Assembly (NCBI GenBank): GCA_038142325.1
Contig: JAYQJW010000002.1
Location: forward strand, 491,324-555,323
Length of the DNA: 64,000 bases
Origin: Gammaproteobacteria bacterium
GTDB taxonomy: Bacteria; Pseudomonadota; Gammaproteobacteria; GCA-002705445; GCA-002716945
Direction: 5' to 3'
Both the position numbers and the translations under genes were made by a program. Under the pieces are notes generated by a model. It was not told the origin of the DNA. It saw only the letters and a list, made by a program, of their open reading frames with translations, and searched no databases. This document shows, piece by piece, positions 21,364 to 33,106 of this stretch; position 1 is the stretch's first letter; each line of letters begins with the position of its first letter.

Positions 21364-23211
21364 ATGTTAAGCGCAATAAGAGATAGATTAAAAACTTGGG
21401 TAATAGGATTGCTAGTAATTCTTGTTGCTATACCCCTAGTTTTTTTAGGTGTAGGTGATTATGGTTCAAACCAGGAGCAATATGCTTTCAGTGTTAATGA
21501 TCAAGACATTAGCAAATCTATTGTTCAACAAGAAATGTCTCAGTTTAAAGATGTTCTGAGAAAAAATTATCAAGGTAATATTCCACCAATCTATACTGAT
21601 AATTTTATTAAAAAAATTACATTTGATAATTTGATTCGTAGAAATATCGAGAATTCAATATCTTCGAACATTGGCCTGGTGACCAGTGATGAGTCGATTA
21701 TTAATGAAATTCAAGAAACATCATCTTTTAGAGATGAAAATGGTTTTAATCCAAGTTTATATAAAAAGCGTTTATTTCTAATTAATATGAACCCTGATGT
21801 CTACGAACAATATCTTTATCAAAAAGGTATACGTGAACAGCTTAGAAAAACAATTACAGATACATCTATCTTAAATCTTACTGATAAAAAGTTAAACATA
21901 AACGCAAACTACCATAAGCGCGATGGTAAGATATTATTTTTGAAATTAAATGATATGAAAGATGTAACTAATATTACATTAGACGAGATCAATGATTATT
22001 ATATTAAAAATAAAGAAGCATTCATGTCGACCTCATCTGCCGAATTTAGTTATATAAGATTAAGTAAAGAATCGATTATTTCATCTATTGAAATATCTGA
22101 TAGTGAATTGCTAGAGGACTATCAAAAGAAAATCGATTCAGGTTTATTATCTCTTGATAAAACATATACTTTAAATCATCTTGTTTTCCCAATAAAAGAT
22201 AATAAAGAATCTGTATTAGCTAATGCAAATGAAGCCTTAAACGAATTATTATCAAATATGTCATTTGAATACATAACTAAAAAATATGAGGTTGATGAAG
22301 ATACTAAAAATAATTTAGGTTTCATTGGTAAGTCATCTTTTGATGATTTACCGAACTTTATAAAAAATAATCTAGTTTCAATGAAAAATGGAGATATTAA
22401 ATTAGTATCATCTGAATCAAATGCTATACATATTATAAAGTTGATTGAGTCTAGCACGCCTGAAAATAAAAAGTTTGAAGATGTTAGAGAGGATATTAAG
22501 AAGGAAATTCAGAAAAATAAAGGTTCAAATAAATATTTTTCTATACTTGATAGCATCAAAGAGAAAATATACATTCAGAATTTATCTTTAACAGAAATAT
22601 CTAAATCATATGATCTTACTCTGTTAAGTACTGAAAAAATAGGTCAAGACTATAATGATAATATTTTATCCAGAACAGTAGTTAATCAATTATTTAATGA
22701 CATTAGCTCTACAGATATATATCCCCCTATATATATTTCAAATGATGATGTACTTTTTGTTAAAAAAAATAAATATTATCCACCCTCTCAATTAACACTA
22801 AGTGAATCAGAGCAAGCAATCAAAGCCTTGCTCATGACTCAAAAAAGTAATAAAAAATTAAATCAATCATCATCAAAAATACTACAAAGTCTAAATGCTG
22901 GTTCGTTTAATGACTATGAATCATTTTCAGTATATCAGTATGATAAAACTTTTGATGATGAAGTCATGAAGATTATAAATAGTCAGCCAATAAGTAATAT
23001 GTTTACTTCCAATAGGTTAGAGAATGGTGATTATGTATTAATAAAGGTTGAATCAATTAACTTATCATTGGTCAAACAAGATAAGGTAGATGATGATAAC
23101 TATTTAGATTATTTGAGAAATACTCAATCTGAGTCAGACTATAATAGTTTCTATCTTTCTAAATATGATACTTATGTAATTGACATCAATAATGATTATC
23201 TAAATCAATAA
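21364..23211 (+). CDS. ppiD: Periplasmic chaperone PpiD (SurA N-terminal plus degenerate parvulin domain)
   Basis: N-terminal MLSAIRDR plus TM anchor, FRDENGFN motif, 615 aa, position after hupB/tRNAs. Confidence 0.85.
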   Translation: MLSAIRDRLKTWVIGLLVILVAIPLVFLGVGDYGSNQEQYAFSVNDQDISKSIVQQEMSQFKDVLRKNYQGNIPPIYTDNFIKKITFDNLIRRNIENSISSNIGLVTSDESIINEIQETSSFRDENGFNPSLYKKRLFLINMNPDVYEQYLYQKGIREQLRKTITDTSILNLTDKKLNINANYHKRDGKILFLKLNDMKDVTNITLDEINDYYIKNKEAFMSTSSAEFSYIRLSKESIISSIEISDSELLEDYQKKIDSGLLSLDKTYTLNHLVFPIKDNKESVLANANEALNELLSNMSFEYITKKYEVDEDTKNNLGFIGKSSFDDLPNFIKNNLVSMKNGDIKLVSSESNAIHIIKLIESSTPENKKFEDVREDIKKEIQKNKGSNKYFSILDSIKEKIYIQNLSLTEISKSYDLTLLSTEKIGQDYNDNILSRTVVNQLFNDISSTDIYPPIYISNDDVLFVKKNKYYPPSQLTLSESEQAIKALLMTQKSNKKLNQSSSKILQSLNAGSFNDYESFSVYQYDKTFDDEVMKIINSQPISNMFTSNRLENGDYVLIKVESINLSLVKQDKVDDDNYLDYLRNTQSESDYNSFYLSKYDTYVIDINNDYLNQ

Positions 23212-23975
23212 CCTATTATATTAAACCCATTATCAACATAAATCGTCTGTCCAGTAATTGCAGTTGAATAATCAGATAATAAGAAAAAGGCAGTTTTTGC
23301 AACATCTTCACTTGTAATATTTGCTTTTATTGGAGATTTATTTTCATAAATTTCGAGTATCTTATTAAATCCACTTATTCCAGATGCTGCTAACGTTTTT
23401 ATTGGTCCTGCTGATATTGCATTTACCCTTATATTTTTTTCACCAAGAGAATCAGCAAGATATTTAACGCTACTTTCTAGACTAGCCTTAGCTATCCCCA
23501 TTACGTTATAGTTTTGAACAACTTTATTGGCTCCTATGTAAGATAAAGTGATAAGAGATGCTTTTTCGTTTAAATCATCACGGAATGCTTTTGCGAGAGC
23601 TGTAAAAGTATAGACACTAACATCATGAGCAACTAAAAATCCATCTTTTGTTATGTTATCTAGATACTTTCCATTGAGTTGCTCACGTGGTGCAAATGCA
23701 GCGGAATGAACAATACCGTCAAGATTATTAAATTTTTCAATAATATCATTTCTCATTTTTAGAATTTCATCATCATTCGTGAGGTCACACTGATAAGCAT
23801 CGTTTGCTATGCCAATATCATCAGTTAACTTGATCACTCTATCTTTTAATCTTTCATTTTGATATGAGACTATTACATTCGCTCCAGCTTCCTGTAATAT
23901 TTTTGCTATCGAAAATGAGATGGATCTATTACTTGCTATACCAGTGACGAGTATGTTTTTTGATTTAAGATTCAT
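23205..23975 (-). CDS. fabI: Enoyl-ACP reductase
   Basis: TGIASNRSI, YNVMGIAKASLE, NAISAGPIKTLAASGI; start set at ATG 23975. Confidence 0.97.
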   Translation of the reverse strand: MNLKSKNILVTGIASNRSISFSIAKILQEAGANVIVSYQNERLKDRVIKLTDDIGIANDAYQCDLTNDDEILKMRNDIIEKFNNLDGIVHSAAFAPREQLNGKYLDNITKDGFLVAHDVSVYTFTALAKAFRDDLNEKASLITLSYIGANKVVQNYNVMGIAKASLESSVKYLADSLGEKNIRVNAISAGPIKTLAASGISGFNKILEIYENKSPIKANITSEDVAKTAFFLLSDYSTAITGQTIYVDNGFNIIGY

Positions 23976-24007
23976 TATATATTTGTAATATAATATATTA
24001 TACAAAG

Positions 24008-25784
24008 ATGATATTAAAGAAAGTAATCAACCTTATATTTACATTTCTTGTTCTTTTGAACTTTACTGAGGCAAATACGTCTATAAGTATTGGATATCAG
24101 GCAAAATATCAGAATTTTAATCACTTTGATTATGTTAATCCCGATGCTAAAAAAGGAGGTAAAATTATACTTTCTGCATTTGGTACTTTTGATTCATTAA
24201 ATCCATTTTTATTAAAATCACTTATCACCAGCACAAATTAATAATTTGATGTTTGACACGTTAATGACTAGAAGCCTTGATGAGCCATCATCTAGCTATC
24301 CATTAGTTGCCAAATCATATCAATTATCAAAAGATAAACTGTCTGTAAAATATTTTATTAATGAAAATGCAAAGTTTAGTAATGGTAATGAAGTAACAGC
24401 GCATGACGTAAAACACTCTTATGATTTATTGGTCTCTAAAGATGCTCATCCTCAATATAGAATTTATTGGAATGATATAAAATCTGTAGAAATAATAGAT
24501 AAGAATACTATTAAATTTATCTTTAAGAGAGTTAACCCTGAACTTCACATGATAATAGGCGATCTTCCAATCTTCTCAAGAGATTGGCTACACAAAGATA
24601 ATTTTTCTAAAGAAGTTAAAAAAATTCCCATAACAAGTGGACCATATATAATATCTGATTTTAACATTGGGAAAAATATAACTTATATCAGAAATAAATC
24701 ATATTGGGCAAAAGATCTACCAACTAGAAAACATATGTTTAATTTTGATCAAATATTGATCAAGTACTACAAAGATATGACAGTTGCTTTAGAAGCTTTT
24801 AAAGCTGGAGAATATGATTACATACATGAAAATCACTCTAAAAGATGGGCGAGAGACTATAATGGCCCTAACTTTTTAAACAACAAAATAATCAAAACAG
24901 AATTAAAACATTCAAACAATACTGGAATCCAAGGTTTTGCCTTTAACACTAGAAGAGTTCTATTTTCTGACATTCATCTACGAAAAGCAATTACTTATGC
25001 TTTCGATTTTGAATGGTCTAATAACAAACTGTTTTATGGACAATATCTAAGATCTGATAGTTATTTTAGTAATAGCGAGTTGAAAAGTGATATTAAAGTT
25101 TCTGACAAAGAGCTTGAGCTTGCAAAAGAGCTAAAAATCTCATTACATAAAATTCAACCTAAAATAAAATTACCTATTAATAAAGATTCAGCTGATTATA
25201 GAAATTCTCTTATTATGGCCAAAGAAATTCTTGATAAGGCAGGATATTATATTAACGATGGTCAACTCTATTCATCTAACAAAGAACCCGTGATAATAAA
25301 CTTTTTGCTTGCGCAGAAGGGATTCGAAAGAATCCTTGCACCATTTAGGAATAATTTGAAAAGATTAGGAATTAAATTAAACTACAGAACTGTTGACTTA
25401 TCCTTGTATCAACAACGTCTAGATGAATACGATTATGATATGACCGTTGTAAGTTACCCTCAATCTCAGTCACCTGGGTCGGAGTTGATGAGTATGTTTT
25501 CATCTGATAGTGCAAATAGAAATGGAGCATTCAATTTTCCTGGCATCAAAGATAAAGATGTTGATAGTCTTATTAAAAACATAATTTATTCAAAGCAGAG
25601 GAATCAAATGCTTGTTTCTGCAAAGTTACTGGATAGAATTTTATGGAATCAATATTATATGGTCCCAAACTGGTATATAAATACTCATAGAGTAGCTTAC
25701 TACAATCAATTCGAATTCCCCAAAAAGCTACCACTATATTATCAAGCAACAAATTATGTATTACAAACCTGGTCGTCAAAATGA
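24008..25784 (+). CDS. yejA: YejA-like ABC peptide-binding protein (frameshift ~24225)
   Basis: HFDYVNPDAKKGG, GTFDSLNPF, AFDFEWSN, SQSPGSEL. Confidence 0.88.
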
Positions 25785-26841
25785 CTTTATATATTATAAA
25801 AAGATTATTATTAATGATTCCGACTCTTCTTGGAATTTTATTCTTAACATTCTTAATCATACAATTTGTACCCGGCGGTCCTGTAGAGCAACTAGTAAAC
25901 AAACTATCGGGTTTAGATGCAATATCTGAATCCTCTTCATCGTCAAATTTATATAGAGGTTCAAGCGGTCTTTCAGAGGAGCATATTAGTCAGTTAAATG
26001 AATTTTATGGATTTGATAAACCTTTTTTGAAAGGTTTACAATCCTGGTTAGCAATTATGCTTTTTTTGATCTAGGAGTCAGCTATTTTCATAATCAAAGC
26101 GTTAGTGAATTGATCATAAGCAAACTACCTGTTTCTATTAGTCTTGGATTATGGTCTTTCTTAATTGTCTACTTAGTCAGTATTCCACTTGGTATAAAAA
26201 AAGCTATGGAAGATGGCAGTAGATTTGATTTAGTGTCAAGTTCTATAGTCTTGATTGGATACGCAATACCAGGATTTGTTTTAGGTATAGGATTGATTGT
26301 ATTATTTGGAGGAGGTAGTTTTTTTGATCTATTTCCGACACGAGGTCTAGTCTCTGATAATTGGTCAAATCTAAATTTCTTTGAAAAAATATTAGATTAT
26401 TTATGGCACATCACTCTTCCAATAATTTGTCTAATTATTGGAAGTTTTGCAGTCATGACAATGTTGACTAAAAATAGCTTTATCGATGAAATTAATAAGT
26501 TGTACACAACAACTGCTAGAGCCAAAGGATTGAGTGAAAATAAAGTCCTTTATTCTCATGTTTTTAAAAATGCTATTATACCAATCCTGACAGGTTTCCC
26601 TGCACAATTTGTTTCTGCATTTTTCACAGGAAGTATTCTTATAGAGACTATTTTTTCTTTGGATGGGATTGGTTTATTATCTTATGAATCGATTATTCAA
26701 AGAGATTACCCTGTTGTAATGGGTACATTATTTATCTTCACCCTTTTAGGGTTACTCACTAAATTATTGACAGATATTATGTATGTATATGTTGATCCAA
26801 GAATAAAATTCTCATCATCTAATTCAGAAAAAAACTTGTAA
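25781..26841 (+). CDS. yejB: YejB-like ABC permease (frameshift ~26030)
   Basis: [43 protein letters not shown]. Confidence 0.9.
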
Positions 26842-27854
26842 TGAACACTTATTCTATAATTTGGAAAAACTTTCGTAGAAGTAAAAGGAGTATTTACTCA
26901 CTCTATATTTTTTTAATACTTTTTATTGTTAGTCTGTTTGCAGAAATTATAAGCAATGATAAGCCAATTATTATGAGTATTAATGACAAAATATACTATC
27001 CATATGTCATTGAGTATACAGAAGTTGATTTTGGTGGTGTTTTTGAAACATCTCCTGATTATAAAGGCCACTATATTTCGAAGTTATTAATGGATGAAAA
27101 CAATTGGGCAATATTTCCAATCAATGCGCATTCATATAATTCAATAAATTTTAATAATACAGCACCCAACCCGGCTGCGCCATCGATGGATAATATTTTA
27201 GGCACGGATGATAGAGGGAGAGATGTTTTTGCAAGACTTTTGTATGGATTCAGAATATCAGTTATATTTGCACTAGCACTTACTGCGATAGGAATACTTA
27301 TAGGATTATTTTTTGGTGCGATACAAGGTTACTTTGCAGGTAGAGTAGATCTATATCTACAAAGATTTGTTGAAATTTGGGGCTCGATGCCTGAGTTATA
27401 TATTTTAATTATATTTGCTTCAATTTTTGAACCGAGCATTCTTTTACTTATAGTGCTTTTATCACTATTTGGCTGGATAAGTTTATCAGATTACGTTCGC
27501 GCTGAATTTTTGAAAGGCAGAAATATGGATTATGTCAATGCAGCAAGAACATTAGGTCTTACAGATTGGCAAATTATAACTAAACATATACTACCTAACA
27601 GTCTTATTTCTGTTGTAACATTTTTACCATTTAGAATTAGTGGAGCAATATTGATTTTAACAAGCTTAGATTTCTTGGGATTAGGTGTTCCATCAACAAC
27701 TCCTAGCTTAGGCGAACTGCTCTCACAAGGAAAAGATAATATCTCAGCCTGGTGGTTATCACTTACAACATTTGTTGTCCTAGTTACCACATTAATACTT
27801 TTGATATTTATTGGAGAAGGTATTAGAGAATCTATAAGCGGAAAATCATCATGA
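26841..27854 (+). CDS. yejE: YejE-like ABC permease
   Basis: LGTDDRGRDVFARLLYGFRIS, VRAEFLKGRN, LDFLGLG. Confidence 0.92.
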   Translation: MNTYSIIWKNFRRSKRSIYSLYIFLILFIVSLFAEIISNDKPIIMSINDKIYYPYVIEYTEVDFGGVFETSPDYKGHYISKLLMDENNWAIFPINAHSYNSINFNNTAPNPAAPSMDNILGTDDRGRDVFARLLYGFRISVIFALALTAIGILIGLFFGAIQGYFAGRVDLYLQRFVEIWGSMPELYILIIFASIFEPSILLLIVLLSLFGWISLSDYVRAEFLKGRNMDYVNAARTLGLTDWQIITKHILPNSLISVVTFLPFRISGAILILTSLDFLGLGVPSTTPSLGELLSQGKDNISAWWLSLTTFVVLVTTLILLIFIGEGIRESISGKSS

Positions 27855-29422
27855 GTTTAGTTAAATTTGATAAGTTGAACATTTCATTAATCTCAACAGG
27901 TATCAATTTAGTTCAAAATTTATCTTTTGAAATAGAGAAGGGTGAATCTTTTGGTATTGTAGGTGAGTCCGGTTCTGGAAAATCATTAACGGCACTCTCA
28001 ACACTTGGATTGTTAAATAAAAAAATTTTTAAAACATCAGGACAGATTTCTATAGATAATAAAAATATAAATAACATCACGGATAGTGAATTAAATAATA
28101 TTAGAGGAAATAAAATTTCTATGATATTTCAAGAACCAATGCTTTCACTTAATCCTGTAAAAAGCCTTCATTCTCAAATAGTTGAATGCATTGAGCTATC
28201 AGATAAGAATTTAGATATTAGTGATGTTAAGGAAGCATTAATTGCCGTTGGTCTGAATGATACAAAAAAAATATTAAATAGCTACCCGCATATGATATCT
28301 GGTGGTCAAAGGCAAAGATTTATGATCGCAATGTCAGTATTGAGAAAACCAAGCATTATTATTGCTGACGAGCCTACTACAGCTTTAGATGTAACACTTC
28401 AAAAACAAATTCTTGATACACTCAATAATTTAAAAAATGACATGAATATGTCAATGATGTTAATTTCTCATGATATTGAATTAATAAAGAGATATTGTGA
28501 TTCTATTGCTGTTATGAAAGACGGGTCTATAATTGAAAAAGATACTACAGATAAAATATTTGCTTATCCTAAGCATGAATATACAAAAAGTTTAGTAAAT
28601 TTTAAATCAATATCTTATCGTAAAGAAAATTATGATAAAACAGAAAATATTCTAGAGACGAAAAATCTTAATTGTAAATATTTAACTAAAGACAGTCTTC
28701 TTAAAAAAAATAAAATATATTTTCAAGCATTAAATAACATCAATATTTATATTAATCGTGGAGAGTCAGTTGGAATCGTTGGCGAATCTGGATCTGGTAA
28801 AACAACTTTGGCAATGTCGATAATGCACCTATTAGGATATGATGGTGAAATAAAAATCTGTCAAAATATTACTAAGAATAAGCTGAGTAAAGATAGGTCA
28901 CTTAGAAAAAATTTTCAAATCATATTTCAAGATCCTTTTTCCTCATTATCACCAAGAATGACTATCAAACAAATTATATCTGAAGGCATTGTCAACCTGT
29001 TAAATATATATGACGATAAAGTCATAATTCAATGTGCACGAAAGTAATGAATGAAGTCGGTCTAAATGAAAATATGTTATTGAGATATCCTCAAGAATTC
29101 TCTGGAGGACAGAGACAAAGAATAGCAATTGCACGCGCTTTAGTTCTTCAACCAAAATTATTAATACTTGATGAGCCTACAAGTGCGCTGGATGTCTTAG
29201 TACAGGAAAATATCATTAAACTTCTGATAAACCTTCAAGAAAAATTCAATCTATCATATTGTTTCATCAGTCATTATCTTAGTTTAATTAAAAAACTATG
29301 TCACAGAGTATATGTTATGAAGGATTCATCAATTGTAGAAGAGGGGAGCTGCAAAAGAGATTTTCGATAAACCCAAACATGTATATACTCAAAAACTATT
29401 AGAGTCTTCGTTTATTACTTAA
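27851..29422 (+). CDS. yejF: YejF-like double-domain ABC ATPase (frameshifts ~29035 and ~29355)
   Basis: Two GESGSGK Walker A motifs, two SGGQRQR signatures; last frame ends [16 protein letters not shown] at 29422. Confidence 0.9.
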
Positions 29423-30551
29423 AAATATTAACTAAGATGTTTTGGTAAATATTCTTAAGTTTTTCTAAATCATCTGCCCTTATGGACTCGTTAATTTTAT
29501 GTATAGAGCGATTTGTTAATCCAAGTTCAATAACTTGATTGCACACTTTTGCCATAAACCTTCCATCTGAGGTGCCGCCATTAGTGCTTACGATAGTGTC
29601 TTGATTAGTAGTAGATTTAATTGATTTTTTGCATATATTCATAAATTCTTTATCTGTGGTTAGAAATGGTTCTCCTGAATGTTTCCAAGTAATTTCATAT
29701 TTTATATCTTCGCTCTCTATAATGTCTGTTATTTTGCTTTTAATTTCATCAGCAGATGTCTCAGTAGAATATCTTATATTAAATGCAATTTTTATATCAG
29801 CAGGTATTACGTTATCAACACCTGTTCCTGCATTAACGTTTGATATTTGAAATGAGGTTGGAGGAAAATATTCATTACCTTTATCAAATTTAATATCAAG
29901 AAACTTGGATATGATTTTTACAGAGCTATGAATCGGATTATCAGCTTTCTCTGGGTAAGCGACATGCCCCTGTATGCCAAATAAGGTTAGATGACCTGTG
30001 ATTGAACCGCGTCTACCATTTCTGATGACATCACCAATTTCATCTGAGGATGATGGTTCTCCTACAAGACAATAATCAATTTCATTTTTTTGAAAGACTC
30101 CTTCTTCAACCATTTTACGTATACCATTAGTTGCATCACCTTCTTCATCAGCTGTAAGAATAATTCTAATTGAACCATTTATTTCTTTATTATTTTTAAC
30201 ATAGTCTTTTACAGCTGTCATAAAACACGCTATACCGCCTTTCATATCCGCAGTGCCTCTGCCCGTAAGCAGACCATCATTATATGAGAGTGTGTATGGA
30301 TTTGATTTCCATAATGATAATTCTCCCGGTGGAACTACATCAGTATGACCAATGAATGCCAGGCACGGATTACCTTTTCCTAGGCTTGCTATCATGTTAT
30401 TTACATCACCATACATAAAATATTTTGTTTCAAAACCGAACTTTGACAGATAATTATCTATATATTTTTGACAACCTGATTTATCTGGTGTTACTGACTC
30501 AAATTCAATTAAATCAGATAAAACGTTCATAGTTTCATTATTTGAATTCAT
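29415..30551 (-). CDS. dapE: Succinyl-diaminopimelate desuccinylase
   Basis: GHTDVVP, GRGTADMKG, DEEG, GRRGS, QGHVAYP, GGTSDGRF. Confidence 0.96.
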   Translation of the reverse strand: MNSNNETMNVLSDLIEFESVTPDKSGCQKYIDNYLSKFGFETKYFMYGDVNNMIASLGKGNPCLAFIGHTDVVPPGELSLWKSNPYTLSYNDGLLTGRGTADMKGGIACFMTAVKDYVKNNKEINGSIRIILTADEEGDATNGIRKMVEEGVFQKNEIDYCLVGEPSSSDEIGDVIRNGRRGSITGHLTLFGIQGHVAYPEKADNPIHSSVKIISKFLDIKFDKGNEYFPPTSFQISNVNAGTGVDNVIPADIKIAFNIRYSTETSADEIKSKITDIIESEDIKYEITWKHSGEPFLTTDKEFMNICKKSIKSTTNQDTIVSTNGGTSDGRFMAKVCNQVIELGLTNRSIHKINESIRADDLEKLKNIYQNILVNIFK

Positions 30552-31319
30552 CTTCATCCTCTTCAGTTCTTATGGTTAGTATATCTGAACCATCTTTTGT
30601 TACTAAAATTGTATGTTCATATTGCGCAGATAATTCATGATCTTGAGTTACAACAGTCCATCCATCGCTAAGCGTTTTAGTTTTATAATTACCAACATTT
30701 ATCATTGGTTCAACAGTAAAAATCATACCTTCATGAAGTTCTACACCCGTGTTTTTTTTGGCGTAATGAAGTATTTGTGGGTTTTCATGAAATTTCTTTC
30801 CTATGCCATGACCACAATAATCTCTTACAACTGAAAAGTTATTTGCTTCAGCATAAGTCTGAATAGCAAAACCTATATCTCCAGTAGTCGCTCCAGGCCT
30901 TACCGCTTTTATACCTTCTATCATTGCTTGTCGTGTTACTTCGCAAAGCCTCTGCGCTTGGATTGATGTTTTACCTACTGTGAACATTCTACTTGTGTCC
31001 CCATGATAACCATCTTTAATTACTGTCACATCTATATTGATAATATCACCATTTTTTAGTTTTTTAGTATCTGATGGTATTCCATGACAAATTTGGTGAT
31101 TTACTGATGTACATATTGATTTTGGAAAGCCTCGATAATTTAGCGGTGCAGGGATAGCTTTTGATTATCCACAATATAATTGTGACATATACTGTCTAGT
31201 TCACCAGTTGTTATACCTGGTTGTACATATTCCTTAATCATCATTAAAACATCAGATGCCAGCTTGCCAGCGATTCTCATTTTTTGAATCTCATCGGGTG
31301 TTTTTATATATTCATTCAT
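30538..31319 (-). CDS. map: Methionine aminopeptidase type I (frameshift ~31160)
   Basis: Hand translation from ATG 31319: MNEYIKTPDEIQKMRIAGKLA...GFPKSICTSVN..CHGIP; then GYHGDTSR, GHGIG, EPMIN, SAQYEHT. Confidence 0.95.
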
Positions 31320-31425
31320 AAGATTTTAAAAGTTATAAAATCACTAAAAAAATAGTAGTTTATAGTTGTTGTAAACACTCAAATATGATACAACACTTTA
31401 TGAATTTTATTGGAGTAATTTTGGC

Positions 31426-32266
31426 ATGATAGGATTATCAATCAAGGATATGATCGATGCAGGGGTCCATTTTGGTCATAGGTCTAAGTATTGGAATCCT
31501 AAGATGGCGCCATATATATATACAACTCACAAAAAACTCCACATAATTAATCTTCAAAAAAGTTCTGAAAGATACACAGAAGCAGCTAAGTTTATTGAGA
31601 AACTAGTCTCAAATAATGGAAAAATTATGTTTATTGGAACTAAACGTGCTGCCTCAGATATAGTAAAAAAATACTCTGACATAACATCCATGCCGTACGT
31701 AAATAATCGTTGGTTAGGCGGCTTATTGACTAATTTCAATACTATAAAAAAATCTATATCTAAACTTGAGGATCTTAGAAATAAACTCAAGAATCAAACG
31801 CTTTATAAACTATCAAAAAAGCAAATTATTGATCTAAAACGAGACATAGATAGATTAGAAAAAAATCTATTGGGTGTTCAGAACTTAACAAAATTACCAG
31901 ATGCATTATTTGTTATTGATACAAGATATGAGCGTATTGCAATCCAAGAAGCAAACAAACTTAACATTCCTGTTATTGCTCTGGTTGACTCAAATAATTC
32001 TTTTGATGGTGTTGACTATATGATACCTGCAAATGATGACGCTATGTCTTCAATTGATTTATTTATGAAATCAATTTCTGAAATTATTATTAAATCTAAG
32101 CCGTCAAAGTCTGAGTCAGCTACAAAAAAAAATGATAATACTAAATCTATCAAAGCTAAAAAAATCTCTAAAAACATCTGATATTAAAAAAGAAACTTCT
32201 ACAAAAAAAGAGACATCTTCAAAAAAAGAAAGTGGAAAAAAAGCTAAATCATCTGAGGATAATTAA
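31426..32266 (+). CDS. rpsB: 30S ribosomal protein S2 with Lys/Ser-rich C-terminal tail (frameshift ~32170)
   Basis: AGVHFGH, WNPKM, RWLGGLLTN, PANDDA; +1 frame continues to TAA at 32266 abutting tsf. Confidence 0.95.
32186..32233 (+). repeat. Degenerate 18-nt tandem repeat (KKETST/KKETSS/KKES)
   Basis: aaaaaagaaacttctaca / aaaaaagagacatcttca / aaaaaagaaagt. Confidence 0.7.
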
Positions 32267-33097
32267 GTGAGTGATTCATTAAAACTAGTAAGACAGTTAA
32301 GAGAGATAACTGGAGCAGGAATTCTTGATTGTAAAAAATACCTAGAGCAAACAAATAATAACCTTGATGATGCTGTCAAACTATTTAGAACTGAATCAGG
32401 AAAGAAAGCAGAAAAAAAATCATCAAGAATAGCAGCTGAAGGTTTAGTAAACTATTTTGAAAATTCAAAAAGTATGCTGATTTTAGAATTAAACTCAGAG
32501 ACCGACTTTGTTGCTAAAGATGAGAATTTTATCACTCTGTCTGAATCTATAGCTGAAATATTAATGAACCAAGATGAATCTGATAATATGGAAGCTATCA
32601 ATAGTATTGTAACTGAGTCGATATCCAAACTTGGAGAAAACATCAAACTTAGAAGATACCTTAAAATTGATAAAAACAATAATCTTTATGGTTACGCCCA
32701 CAACAATAAGATTGTGTCAATAGTGGAGCTGAAAAATCCAGATGAGAAACTTGCAAAAGATATTTGCATGCAAATTGTAGCATCTAACCCATTAGCACTT
32801 GATGAATCATCGCTTAATGAGGAAGCACTCAAATCTGAAAAAGAAATTTATAAAAAGGAATTAGATAAAGTAGATAAGAAAGAGGATATTAAAAGAAATA
32901 TACTTGATGGTAAAATGAAGAAATTTATTAATGATAATACGTTATTAAATCAACCTTTTGTTAAGGATCCATCTACAACCCTTACTAAAATTATTTCAAA
33001 TAATGAAATATTGTCATATCATAGATATGAAGTTGGCGAAGGTTTGGAAAAGAAATCTGAAGATTTTGCACAAGAAGTTTATAATCAAATAAGCTAA
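32267..33097 (+). CDS. tsf: Elongation factor Ts
   Basis: LREITGAGILDCKK, ELNSETDFVAK, EVGEGLEK. Confidence 0.97.
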   Translation: MSDSLKLVRQLREITGAGILDCKKYLEQTNNNLDDAVKLFRTESGKKAEKKSSRIAAEGLVNYFENSKSMLILELNSETDFVAKDENFITLSESIAEILMNQDESDNMEAINSIVTESISKLGENIKLRRYLKIDKNNNLYGYAHNNKIVSIVELKNPDEKLAKDICMQIVASNPLALDESSLNEEALKSEKEIYKKELDKVDKKEDIKRNILDGKMKKFINDNTLLNQPFVKDPSTTLTKIISNNEILSYHRYEVGEGLEKKSEDFAQEVYNQIS

Positions 33098-33106
33098 AAT
33101 ACTTAC

